DNA of 64,000 nucleotides from Candidatus Marinacidobacterales bacterium (lineage in GTDB: Bacteria > Acidobacteriota > Vicinamibacteria > Marinacidobacterales > DATDRI01): the NCBI GenBank assembly GCA_965226495.1, contig OZ245365.1, positions 160,001-224,000 of the forward strand. The letters are read 5' to 3'. The notes under the pieces are model-generated. The model searched no databases. It saw only the letters and a program-made list of their open reading frames with translations, and was not told where the DNA came from. A program made the translations under genes and the position numbers. Positions 38,266 through 46,489 of the stretch are shown here, piece after piece; the stretch's first letter is position 1, and every line of letters starts with the position of its first letter.

Positions 38266-39910
38266 ATGTAACCTTGTTGATCTCTTCCAGCGTGGTCAGT
38301 CCATCGAAGGCCTTGGCCAAAGCCGATTCACGCAAGAAGATCATGCCCTCCTCCTTGGCGGCCCGCTTGATATCGGTGCTCGGCCTTCGGTCGATGAGCA
38401 TCTCCCTGATGTTGTCAGAGAGATCTAGCAACTCACAGATCGCCTGGCGTCCCTTGTACCCGGTACCGTTACATTGCAGGCAGCCCTCGCCCCGAAAGAA
38501 CTCGTGGTCCCGGTAGCGCTCCGGATCCAAACCCGATTCCTCGAGTAGCTCGCGGGGAGCCTGAACCCCGGTTCGGCACGCGGGGCAGATGGTGCGGCAC
38601 AACCGTTGTGCGAGGATGCAGTTCAGGGCGGAGACGAAGTTGTACGCTTCCACGCCCATGTTCAAGAAACGTCCAACCACGTCGAGGACGTTATTAGCGT
38701 GAACGGTGGTGAAGACCAGGTGTCCGGTAAGGGCCGATTGGATGGCGACCTGCGCCGTGTCCGAATCGCGGATCTCTCCGACCATGATCTTGTCCGGGTC
38801 GTGGCGGAGAATGGAGCGGAGGCCGCGCGCGAAGGTGAGGCCCTTCTTCTCGTTGACCGGGATCTGCGTGATACCCTTGAGCTGGTACTCCACGGGATCT
38901 TCGATGGTGACGATCTTGTCCTCCTCGTTGTAGATCTCGGAAAGCGCCGCATAGAGAGTGGTGGTCTTGCCGCTCCCGGTGGGTCCCGTCACCAGCACCA
39001 TTCCATAGGGCTCGCGGATGAAATGGCGAATGCGTTTGACCTCACTTTCCGAGAAGCCCAAGATGTCCAGCCGCAGCTCCGCGAACTGCTCGTTGATGGA
39101 CTCCTTGTCCAAGATTCGGATCACCGCGTCTTCCCCATGGATGCTGGGCATGATGGAAACGCGGAAGTCGATGCTGCGACCCTTCACCTTCAAGCGGAAT
39201 CGGCCGTCCTGCGGCACGCGTTTCTCTGCCACGTCGAGCTCGGCCATGACCTTGATGCGGCTGGTGATCTCCGAGTGTTGTGCCTTGGTGAGTGGTTTCA
39301 TGGCCCGCTGTAGAACGCCATCGATACGGTACTTGATGACGACCTCTTCGTCTCGGGTCTCGATGTGGATGTCGGAGGCGCGCTTGGTCAGCGCGTTGTA
39401 GATCGTGGAATCCACGAGTCGGATGATAGGGCTCGAGGTGTCGGTCAGCCGGTCGATGGATAGGGTTTCCTCGCTATCCTCGTCATCCCGGACGATTTGC
39501 ATGGTGAAGCTTTCCGAGGCCTCTTCCAAGACGCGTTGAGCGCTTTGGCTCCTCTTGAGGAGCTCCTGGATAGCGGACTCGGTGCCCACTGAGGCGCGGA
39601 TGGGTGTCTTCAAGAGCAAAGAAATTTCGTCCAACACCGGTACGTTCGTGGGATCGGACGTGACGACGACCAGGTTGTCGTTCTCCTTCCGGTAGGGCAG
39701 GAAGTTGTAGCGAAACATCAGCTCTACCGGAACACTCCGAAAAAGATCGTGATCGGGCTGAAAGTGCTCGAGATCGACGTACTGCAACCGGCATCGGGCA
39801 GCGAGATCCTTGGCCTGCTGAATCTCTGCCGCCTTTGCTTCCTCCGGCGTTTGGTTGGGATCCACCTCGAGCTGCGTGGAAGGCTTCTCCGCGTTGGGCT
39901 CTCTCACCAT
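38258..39910 (-). CDS. GspE/PilB assembly ATPase
   Basis: ASDIHIE, GPTGSGKTTT, TIEDPVE, MVGEIRD, TGHLVFTTVH, CxxC pairs. Confidence 0.93.
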   Translation of the reverse strand: MVREPNAEKPSTQLEVDPNQTPEEAKAAEIQQAKDLAARCRLQYVDLEHFQPDHDLFRSVPVELMFRYNFLPYRKENDNLVVVTSDPTNVPVLDEISLLLKTPIRASVGTESAIQELLKRSQSAQRVLEEASESFTMQIVRDDEDSEETLSIDRLTDTSSPIIRLVDSTIYNALTKRASDIHIETRDEEVVIKYRIDGVLQRAMKPLTKAQHSEITSRIKVMAELDVAEKRVPQDGRFRLKVKGRSIDFRVSIMPSIHGEDAVIRILDKESINEQFAELRLDILGFSESEVKRIRHFIREPYGMVLVTGPTGSGKTTTLYAALSEIYNEEDKIVTIEDPVEYQLKGITQIPVNEKKGLTFARGLRSILRHDPDKIMVGEIRDSDTAQVAIQSALTGHLVFTTVHANNVLDVVGRFLNMGVEAYNFVSALNCILAQRLCRTICPACRTGVQAPRELLEESGLDPERYRDHEFFRGEGCLQCNGTGYKGRQAICELLDLSDNIREMLIDRRPSTDIKRAAKEEGMIFLRESALAKAFDGLTTLEEINKVTFV

Positions 39911-39920
39911 TTGCTGGACC

Positions 39921-41135
39921 TCAGTGCATGACGCCGGCTAGACCGAAAAGGGGCAGGTAAAGGGCCAATAGGATCAAGGCCACGAACCCTCCCATCACGA
40001 CGAGCATTACCGGTGTCAGCATGGCCATCATGATATTCAGTCGATGGTCGATCTCCTCGTCGCTGAAGTCGGCGACCGAACCCATCATGTCCGCCAGGCT
40101 CCCGGTGCTCTCCCCGACTTTGGCCATTTCGACGACCATGTTGGAAAATTGACCGGTCCCCTCGAGACTCGCGGCAAAAGACTTGCCTTCCCGGACCCGA
40201 TCCGAGACCGGCTTCACCGCCTGCCCGAGGAAGCGGTTGGCGATCGATCCGGCCGAAATCTCGATCGACTGTACGAGCGGGATGCCGCCGGCGAGTAGGG
40301 TCGAGATCGAACGCGTCAGTTGGGACGTTGCGAAGAGGCGGAGGAGCTGGCCGAAATAGGGAAGTTTCAGCTTCGTGTGATCGATCTTCGCTTTTGCGCT
40401 TTCTTGACGAGACCAGACGTAGAAAGCAGTGCCACCAACCACGAGAGCGAGCACGATGAACCCAATATTCGCGCGCACGAAGTTTGCGAACCAAAGCAGG
40501 CCGAGCGTGAGGGGGGGTAGGTCGGCACCGAAATTTTCGAAGAACCCGCCGAACGTAGGTACGACGTGGAAGAGGAGCACCGACGCCGCCAACACGAGGA
40601 CCGTGGAGAGGAAGGCCGGATAGATGAGTGCCCCGGCCACTTTTTTTCTGGTACCTTCGGTGAGCTTCATGTATTGGACGTAGCGGCGAATAACCCCTTC
40701 CAGGCTACCGCTTTTTTCTCCCGCCAAGAGGGAAGCCGAGTAGATGCGCGGGAACATATCGCCGTGGGAGGCGAAGGCCTCGGACAAAGAGATCCCGCCT
40801 TTGACTTTATCGCGAACGTCGGTGAGCACTCCGCGCAGCTGGGGGTTCTTCATCCTCTCGAGCATGATGTTCAGCGACTGGAGCAAGGGCAGGCCCGCCT
40901 TCAATAGCGCCGCGAGCTCCTGGTTGAAAATGATGAACTCGGTGGACTTGATCCGCCCGGGGCCGCGCCGGAACGCGGACAAGAGCGGGCCCAAGCCGAA
41001 GGAACGGCGTACCGAGAAAATATGGTATCCGCTCTCCGCCAGCTCGCGTCTGACCGAACCTTCATCGTCGGCACGGAGCGCGATTTCTCTAATGTCGCCG
41101 CTGCTCGTACCGACTTTGCAAGTGAATTGGCTCAT
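39921..41135 (-). CDS. GspF/PilC inner membrane platform protein
   Basis: LLKAGLPL, AGEKSGSL, ALIYP, VGESTGSL. Confidence 0.92.
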   Translation of the reverse strand: MSQFTCKVGTSSGDIREIALRADDEGSVRRELAESGYHIFSVRRSFGLGPLLSAFRRGPGRIKSTEFIIFNQELAALLKAGLPLLQSLNIMLERMKNPQLRGVLTDVRDKVKGGISLSEAFASHGDMFPRIYSASLLAGEKSGSLEGVIRRYVQYMKLTEGTRKKVAGALIYPAFLSTVLVLAASVLLFHVVPTFGGFFENFGADLPPLTLGLLWFANFVRANIGFIVLALVVGGTAFYVWSRQESAKAKIDHTKLKLPYFGQLLRLFATSQLTRSISTLLAGGIPLVQSIEISAGSIANRFLGQAVKPVSDRVREGKSFAASLEGTGQFSNMVVEMAKVGESTGSLADMMGSVADFSDEEIDHRLNIMMAMLTPVMLVVMGGFVALILLALYLPLFGLAGVMH

Positions 41136-41311
41136 CGGGACGTGCGTGGCGGTCGACTAGCGACCATTACTCCTGTTCCTTCCGAAGTTTACGAGGATGC
41201 ACTCGCGGTTTATTATAGCACAGACCACTCGGTGGCACCGGGAGCGCCCCTTTGCGGTTGGAGCGATAAGTCATCACAATGGAATCCTTTACAGTCAGGA
41301 GCACCCTTCGG

Positions 41312-41788
41312 ATGGCAGATAAATCGAGCGACCAGGCCGTTAAAATCGTAGCCGTGAACCGCAAGGCCGGTCACGACTACCATTTGACGGACCGTTTCGA
41401 GGCTGGCTTGGTGCTTCAAGGTACCGAGGTCAAGGCCGCCCGCGAAGGGAGAGTGAACTTGAAAGATAGCTACGCGGCGGAGAAAAACGGAGAGCTTTAT
41501 CTAATGCAGTGTCATATCAGTCCTTATTCCCACGCATTCTACGAGAACCACGATGCGCTGCGGCCTCGAAAACTGCTGCTCCATCGTAGGGAGATCCGCC
41601 AGCTCATGGGCAAGATCTCACAGCGGGGGCTCACGCTTATACCCACCCGCATGTACTTTCTCAGGGGGCGATTGAAAGTGGAGCTGGCGCTCGCCAAAGG
41701 CAAGAAGCATTACGATCAGCGTGCCGCGTTACGGGAGAGGGAATCGAAGCGGGAAGTGCAGGCGGCGCTGAAGGAGCGAAACCGCTAG
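41312..41788 (+). CDS. smpB: SsrA-binding protein
   Basis: NRKAGHDY, EAGLVLQGTEVK, RKLLLH, GKKHYD. Confidence 0.96.
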   Translation: MADKSSDQAVKIVAVNRKAGHDYHLTDRFEAGLVLQGTEVKAAREGRVNLKDSYAAEKNGELYLMQCHISPYSHAFYENHDALRPRKLLLHRREIRQLMGKISQRGLTLIPTRMYFLRGRLKVELALAKGKKHYDQRAALRERESKREVQAALKERNR

Positions 41789-41795
41789 GACTGCC

Positions 41796-42119
41796 CTAGT
41801 CGTTCTCGCCCTTTACCTCGTGCTCCTTGTGCATGTACTTGATGTTGTGCTTGAAGATGAGAATGTTGGGCTTGTCGATGCGGTTCACTTTGAGACAGTG
41901 CCGGTCGTACCACTCGATAACCCCTCTGAGTTCTTCTCCATCTTGCAGTACCAGCACCATAGGGGTCTTGCTGTTCATCTGTTTGATGTAGTAGAAGCTC
42001 TCCGCGTTGGTCTGCTCCGGGGGGACCGGCTTTCGGCGCGCCGGCTTGGACGACATCTGATCCTTGATGTCCGCTAGGTTGGGACGAATCAGCTTTCGAT
42101 TCACGGTTCCTCGGTCCAT
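41796..42119 (-). CDS. Hfq-like Sm-fold RNA chaperone (atypical)
   Basis: LQDGEELRGVIEWYDRHCLKV and LIFKHNI resemble the Sm1/Sm2 motifs. Confidence 0.72.
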   Translation of the reverse strand: MDRGTVNRKLIRPNLADIKDQMSSKPARRKPVPPEQTNAESFYYIKQMNSKTPMVLVLQDGEELRGVIEWYDRHCLKVNRIDKPNILIFKHNIKYMHKEHEVKGEND

Positions 42120-42334
42120 CTGTTTTCCTGCTAGAAAAATTGGCGCGCTCGCGCAGAGAAGACACGACACCCCCGAGGGCAGGCCGATTCTGCACGTTAT
42201 TCAGGTAAGAGCGGCCCTCGGACGGTTGTGAACCCGCCGGTTTCTTTTACCGGACTAGATCCTGCCGAGTTGTAATCTGAAGATCGCCAACAGATTGCGG
42301 GGAGTCTAGCACCAAGCCTGGGAGGGCGCAAGTG

Positions 42335-43399
42335 TCAAAGTTGAGAGGGCCGCGAAGTAGAAACACGCGGGCGAGCTCGCGAACCCAGCGTTAGGAACAG
42401 GCGTTCGAGTGTGATTCGTTTGTTCGCGTAACGTACCTCGAGATCCTGGAGAGATTGTTCGGCCAGGACGAAGGCCTCGAGCCAGGTCTCGAGCCCAACA
42501 CGCGAAGCGAGGACGCCGAGCTCTTCGCTGCGATCTGAAGCCAGGATGGAACCCTGCTCACCGCTTGCGATGCAAGAAAGATCGCGGAGGACGCCGACCA
42601 GCAATCGCACGATACCGACCAGCGATTTGTGCTTGGCGAGCCGATCGGCCCGTGCGAACAAATCTGCCCGTCCGGGGGCGTCTGCCAACATATGGGCCAC
42701 CTCCAGGGCCTCGCCGCGTAACTCGACCAGTTCGTCGGTCTTTGCAGCCAGTGCGCTGGCGAGGCTCCCCCCCGAGCCCGAAGACGCCAGGTTCGCATCT
42801 TCCGCTGAAAACCCGTGTTGCGAGACGAGGATGTCTGTAATTTCCTCTTGGAGCAGGGGGAGGAAGCGAATCTTCTGGCAACGGGAAAGTAGCGTGGGGA
42901 GTATGGCGGCTTCATGTGAAGTGAGCAGCACGAGCACGATCCAAGACGGTGATTCCTCCAATGTCTTGAGCAGCGTGTTGGCGGCAGTGGGGTTCATCCG
43001 GTCGGCTGCCTCGATGATGGTGACACGCTTCCGGCCTTCGAAGGGTCGGAAGGGGCTTTCGCTTACCACCTGTCGGACGGCTTCCGCTTTGATCTGCCCT
43101 CCGGCTCCTTCCGGCGCAATGCGCCGCACGTCCGGGAAGCTTCCCGATTCGATGCGCCGGCAGGCGGGGCATTCATTGCAGGCGTCATAAGCACCGGGCG
43201 CACCGGGGGCCTCGTCTCCGCCTCCGCCATCAAGGGCCCGCTTGCAATTGAGCGCTTTGGCGAGGTTCATGGCAGCTTCGAGCTTTCCGACGCCGTCGGG
43301 TCCGCTGAAGAGCAAGCTCGACGGGACCTGGCCACGGGCCACCATCTTTTTCAGGCGATCGATCGCCGAACGGTTTCCGACTATTTGCGAGAAAGACAT
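42335..43399 (-). CDS. holB: DNA polymerase III delta' subunit
   Basis: GPDGVGK, CNECPAC, ANTLLKTLEE, LLSRC; follows tmk. Confidence 0.9.
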   Translation of the reverse strand: MSFSQIVGNRSAIDRLKKMVARGQVPSSLLFSGPDGVGKLEAAMNLAKALNCKRALDGGGGDEAPGAPGAYDACNECPACRRIESGSFPDVRRIAPEGAGGQIKAEAVRQVVSESPFRPFEGRKRVTIIEAADRMNPTAANTLLKTLEESPSWIVLVLLTSHEAAILPTLLSRCQKIRFLPLLQEEITDILVSQHGFSAEDANLASSGSGGSLASALAAKTDELVELRGEALEVAHMLADAPGRADLFARADRLAKHKSLVGIVRLLVGVLRDLSCIASGEQGSILASDRSEELGVLASRVGLETWLEAFVLAEQSLQDLEVRYANKRITLERLFLTLGSRARPRVSTSRPSQL

Positions 43400-43460
43400 T
43401 TTTTGGGGGCGCGCAGCTTGCAGAGATCGAATTAGCTTCTGCGTTCGGTCGTCCGGTTCA

Positions 43461-44144
43461 TCACAACCGGCCCAAACGAGACAATCGAGGGGTCAGTCGT
43501 TTCCAGATGTCCTCGTGAATCTGGAGTCGATTGCCAGTGGCAGGCACCACCACGAAGCGCCGTTTCTCCTGGCGGGCGAGTTGGAGATATCCCTTACGGA
43601 CCTTGCGGTGGAACTCGAGACGCTCGAGTTCGAACCGACCCTGAGTGCGGCTCTGACGGGTTCTCCGGTTGCGAACCCGAGCACGACGCAGACCGTGTTC
43701 CGGCGGCAGATCGAGTAGGACCGTAAACCGAGGGCGAAACTCGCCGGTCATCAACCGATCGAATGAGCGAATCAACCGGCGTGACAAACCTCGCGCGTAT
43801 CCCTGGTAAGCGATGCTCGAATCGGTGAATCGATCCGTGATCACAATCCGGCCCTCGTCGAGCGCCGGACGGATGACCTCTTCGAGATGTTGGGCACGAT
43901 CGGCGAAGTACAGTGCCAACTCGACCTCCGGCACCATCCGATGGTGGGCCGGGTGCAAGAGAACCTTCCGTATCTCTCGGCCGATCTGCGTGCCTCCAGG
44001 TTCTCGCGTCATGAGGCAGGAGCGGCCGCCACTCTCCAGTCGCTTTGATAGGAGCTTGGCTTGAGTCGATTTGCCGCAACCCTCTATCCCCTCGAAGCTG
44101 ATCAGATAACCCAGGCGTCTCGTCAAACCCTGACAAATTATCAC
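43461..44144 (-). CDS. tmk: Thymidylate kinase (start uncertain)
   Basis: FEGIEGCGKSTQ, TREPGGT, DRFTDSSIAYQG. Confidence 0.94.
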   Translation of the reverse strand: MIICQGLTRRLGYLISFEGIEGCGKSTQAKLLSKRLESGGRSCLMTREPGGTQIGREIRKVLLHPAHHRMVPEVELALYFADRAQHLEEVIRPALDEGRIVITDRFTDSSIAYQGYARGLSRRLIRSFDRLMTGEFRPRFTVLLDLPPEHGLRRARVRNRRTRQSRTQGRFELERLEFHRKVRKGYLQLARQEKRRFVVVPATGNRLQIHEDIWKRLTPRLSRLGRL

Positions 44145-44264
44145 AGGCTGCTCGGCGCCTCAACCCGCCTACGCACCGTGAATGCATTTGAGCTACGGCG
44201 CGGCAAGCGAGCGACTCACCCGGCGCGGACGCTATAATCACGACCATCCCACGGAGGCAAGGCG

Positions 44265-45020
44265 ATGATCGCATTAGAAGGCAAGGTGGCGCTGGTAACG
44301 GGTGGTTCTCGAGGAATCGGAGAGGCCATCGCGGTTTCGTTGGCGGCGGCGGGAGCCAGTGTGGCTGTGAGTTATGCAACGCAGCGTGAAAAGGCGGAAG
44401 ACGTGGTCCGACGTATCGAGGCCAAGGGAGGCCGCGCGATCGCTCTCCAGGCTGATGTGGTTCAGGAGAATGCCGTCCGGGAGATCGTCGCCCAGACGGA
44501 GTCGCAACTTGGGCCGCTCGATGTGGTGGTTGCCAACGCGGGGATCTGGAAGAAGGCGGTTCTCCCCGAGATGACCCTTGATGAGTGGGACGAGACTCTA
44601 GATACGAATCTCAAAGGAGTGTTCCTCACCACCAAGCATGCGGCCCGCGTGATGATCGCCCGTAGATCCGGCCGCCTCGTTCTCATCTCTTCGACTTCCG
44701 GTCAGAGAGGCGAGGCATTCTATTCCCATTACTCTGCGTCCAAAGGGGGCATTATCAGTTTGACGAAGTCGCTGGCGCTCGAGCTGGCTCCGCACGGGAT
44801 CTTGGTGAACTGCGTCGCCCCCGGGTGGGTGGTAACGGATATGACTACCGAGACGTTTTCGTCGCCCGAACGCGCGGCGGTGGAGGCGACGATACCGCTT
44901 CGCCGGCCGGGAACGCCCGACGAGATTGCGGGGGCAGTCGTGTTTCTGGCCTCGGAGCTGGCGACATACATCACAGGGGAAATACTAAACGTTAATGGAG
45001 GTTCGGTGTTGGTGGGCTAA
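44265..45020 (+). CDS. FabG-like short-chain dehydrogenase
   Basis: TGGSRGIG, NAG, YSASK, NCVAPG. Confidence 0.88.
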   Translation: MIALEGKVALVTGGSRGIGEAIAVSLAAAGASVAVSYATQREKAEDVVRRIEAKGGRAIALQADVVQENAVREIVAQTESQLGPLDVVVANAGIWKKAVLPEMTLDEWDETLDTNLKGVFLTTKHAARVMIARRSGRLVLISSTSGQRGEAFYSHYSASKGGIISLTKSLALELAPHGILVNCVAPGWVVTDMTTETFSSPERAAVEATIPLRRPGTPDEIAGAVVFLASELATYITGEILNVNGGSVLVG

Positions 45021-45051
45021 CCCGCCTTCGCCAAGGCTTCGGCGCGGCAGG
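45021..45051. repeat. REP-like palindrome between convergent genes
   Basis: CCCGCCTTCGCCAAGGCTTCGGCGCGGCAGG, related to the 7657-7741 class. Confidence 0.45.
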
Positions 45052-45058
45052 CTTTGGT

Positions 45059-46189
45059 TTAGACGAGCATTCCGCTCACCATGGCCACGTACCTATGCGC
45101 GGAGTTCAGCAGGAGCGCGCTGGCCAAGGCGACCGGCTGGCTCTTGTCGGTGATGAGGGCCAGACCCTCGCCCGTCTCCGGGATGCACTTCACGATCAAA
45201 TAGAAGTTCTCAGTACTCAGGGAGAGCGTTTCCACATGGTCCTCGTCTTTCATGGAAGCGAGGTTCTCCAAGTACTTCACGAACGCGGGTAACTTTTCGA
45301 TGATGAGCTGCTCTTCGGTCTCCTTGGGAAACTCCACTTGCTCTAATTCGATTTCCTCGGTGCTGAGGTTGAAGAAGAAGGATGCCAGCATGGAGGGGGT
45401 CTGCTCACGGATGGCGGAGAGAACTTTCTTTTGGAGCGGTTTTCTGTCGACAATCTTCGCCCTCGGTTGGGCCGCTTCTGGCTCTGCAACCGGCTCCGGG
45501 GCCGGCGCACTCTCCGAGGTAGACTCCCGTGGCCGTTGTTGCTCGAGAATCTCATGGAGACGGCTGGACCTAGCCCGTTGCGTTTCGTGGCGAGCTTTCC
45601 AAATGTTCGACGAGAACTCGGACTGGAAGACCCGGGCTGAAGTTTCAGGCGCGTCTAGGGCTTCAAAGACCTTGTTCATGGCTTCGCCCTTCTCGAAGGT
45701 AACGCCGCCAGTGGTTTCGAAGTAGCCGTTCGAGAATCGGCCCCGCACCAGCAAGATCATTCCCGTGCCCTTGCTGGTAATAACCTCTAAGGAGCCAGTA
45801 TGCCCGTCTTTTTCCAACTTGGAGAGGAGATCCCGGAGGGGCTGTGACGCGAAGATCTGCCCGAAGATCTCCTGGCGGTTGGAAAGGCCCCTCAGCATGT
45901 GAGCCATGTCTAGCGGCAATTCGTAGACCGAGACCTTGGCCTCTTTCAGGCTTGCTGCGTTTCTCAATTTGAGCATGGCCTCATTGGAAACGGAGATTTC
46001 GTTTCCGGCGCGATAGATGATGTTGATTTGCTCTCCTAGGTAAAACAGGATCAGTCCTTCGGCGTCACCAAAAGCGATCTCCATATAGCCGGAGAGGTTA
46101 ACGTCCTCACACTGCCTCGTGACGCTCTCGAGGGGAGTGGTCTCGGTCGACAAGTTTTCGGAAAGCAGCTTACTGCCCGGGAAACGCAT
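45059..46189 (-). CDS. Hypothetical protein (duplicated N-terminal domain, possibly roadblock-like C-terminus)
   Basis: Long ORF with protein-like composition; two similar SGYMEI..GLILF / TGSLEV..GMILL repeats. Confidence 0.6.
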   Translation of the reverse strand: MRFPGSKLLSENLSTETTPLESVTRQCEDVNLSGYMEIAFGDAEGLILFYLGEQINIIYRAGNEISVSNEAMLKLRNAASLKEAKVSVYELPLDMAHMLRGLSNRQEIFGQIFASQPLRDLLSKLEKDGHTGSLEVITSKGTGMILLVRGRFSNGYFETTGGVTFEKGEAMNKVFEALDAPETSARVFQSEFSSNIWKARHETQRARSSRLHEILEQQRPRESTSESAPAPEPVAEPEAAQPRAKIVDRKPLQKKVLSAIREQTPSMLASFFFNLSTEEIELEQVEFPKETEEQLIIEKLPAFVKYLENLASMKDEDHVETLSLSTENFYLIVKCIPETGEGLALITDKSQPVALASALLLNSAHRYVAMVSGMLV

Positions 46190-46261
46190 TAGTGGAAGTG
46201 TAGCAGAGGCTTCCGAGGTCCAGCAACAGAAACGAGAAGGGTCGGTCCGGGCCTCACGTTA

Positions 46262-46311
46262 CCCTCACCCTGGCCCTCTCCCAAAGGGAGAGGGAGTCGA
46301 GGAAGGAAGCC
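46262..46311. repeat. REP-like element (CCCTCACCC/CCCTCTCCC family)
   Basis: CCCTCACCCTGGCCCTCTCCCAAAGGGAGAGGGAGTCGAGGAAGGAAGCC. Confidence 0.75.
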
Positions 46312-46489
46312 ATCATCCATTGCCTCACCCGCCGTCTGACAATGTTGTCGTTGGCACCCCGTATTTAGACGGCCGACTCCCCAGGGGGAGCTATACCCTT
46401 TTACGTAAGCTGAGTGGTGTGGGTGGCTTGACCCACCGCCTCCAGCCCCGCGAGAAGATGCCGCTCGGTCCCGACGATTCCGAGTGTTG

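Noticed and set aside
46405-46445. tmRNA 3' end-like sequence (GTGGGT..CCCACCGCCTCCA) near smpB
   Set aside because: No TTCGA T-loop, no terminal CCA after the discriminator and no matching 5' end; better explained as a hairpin downstream of the kinase
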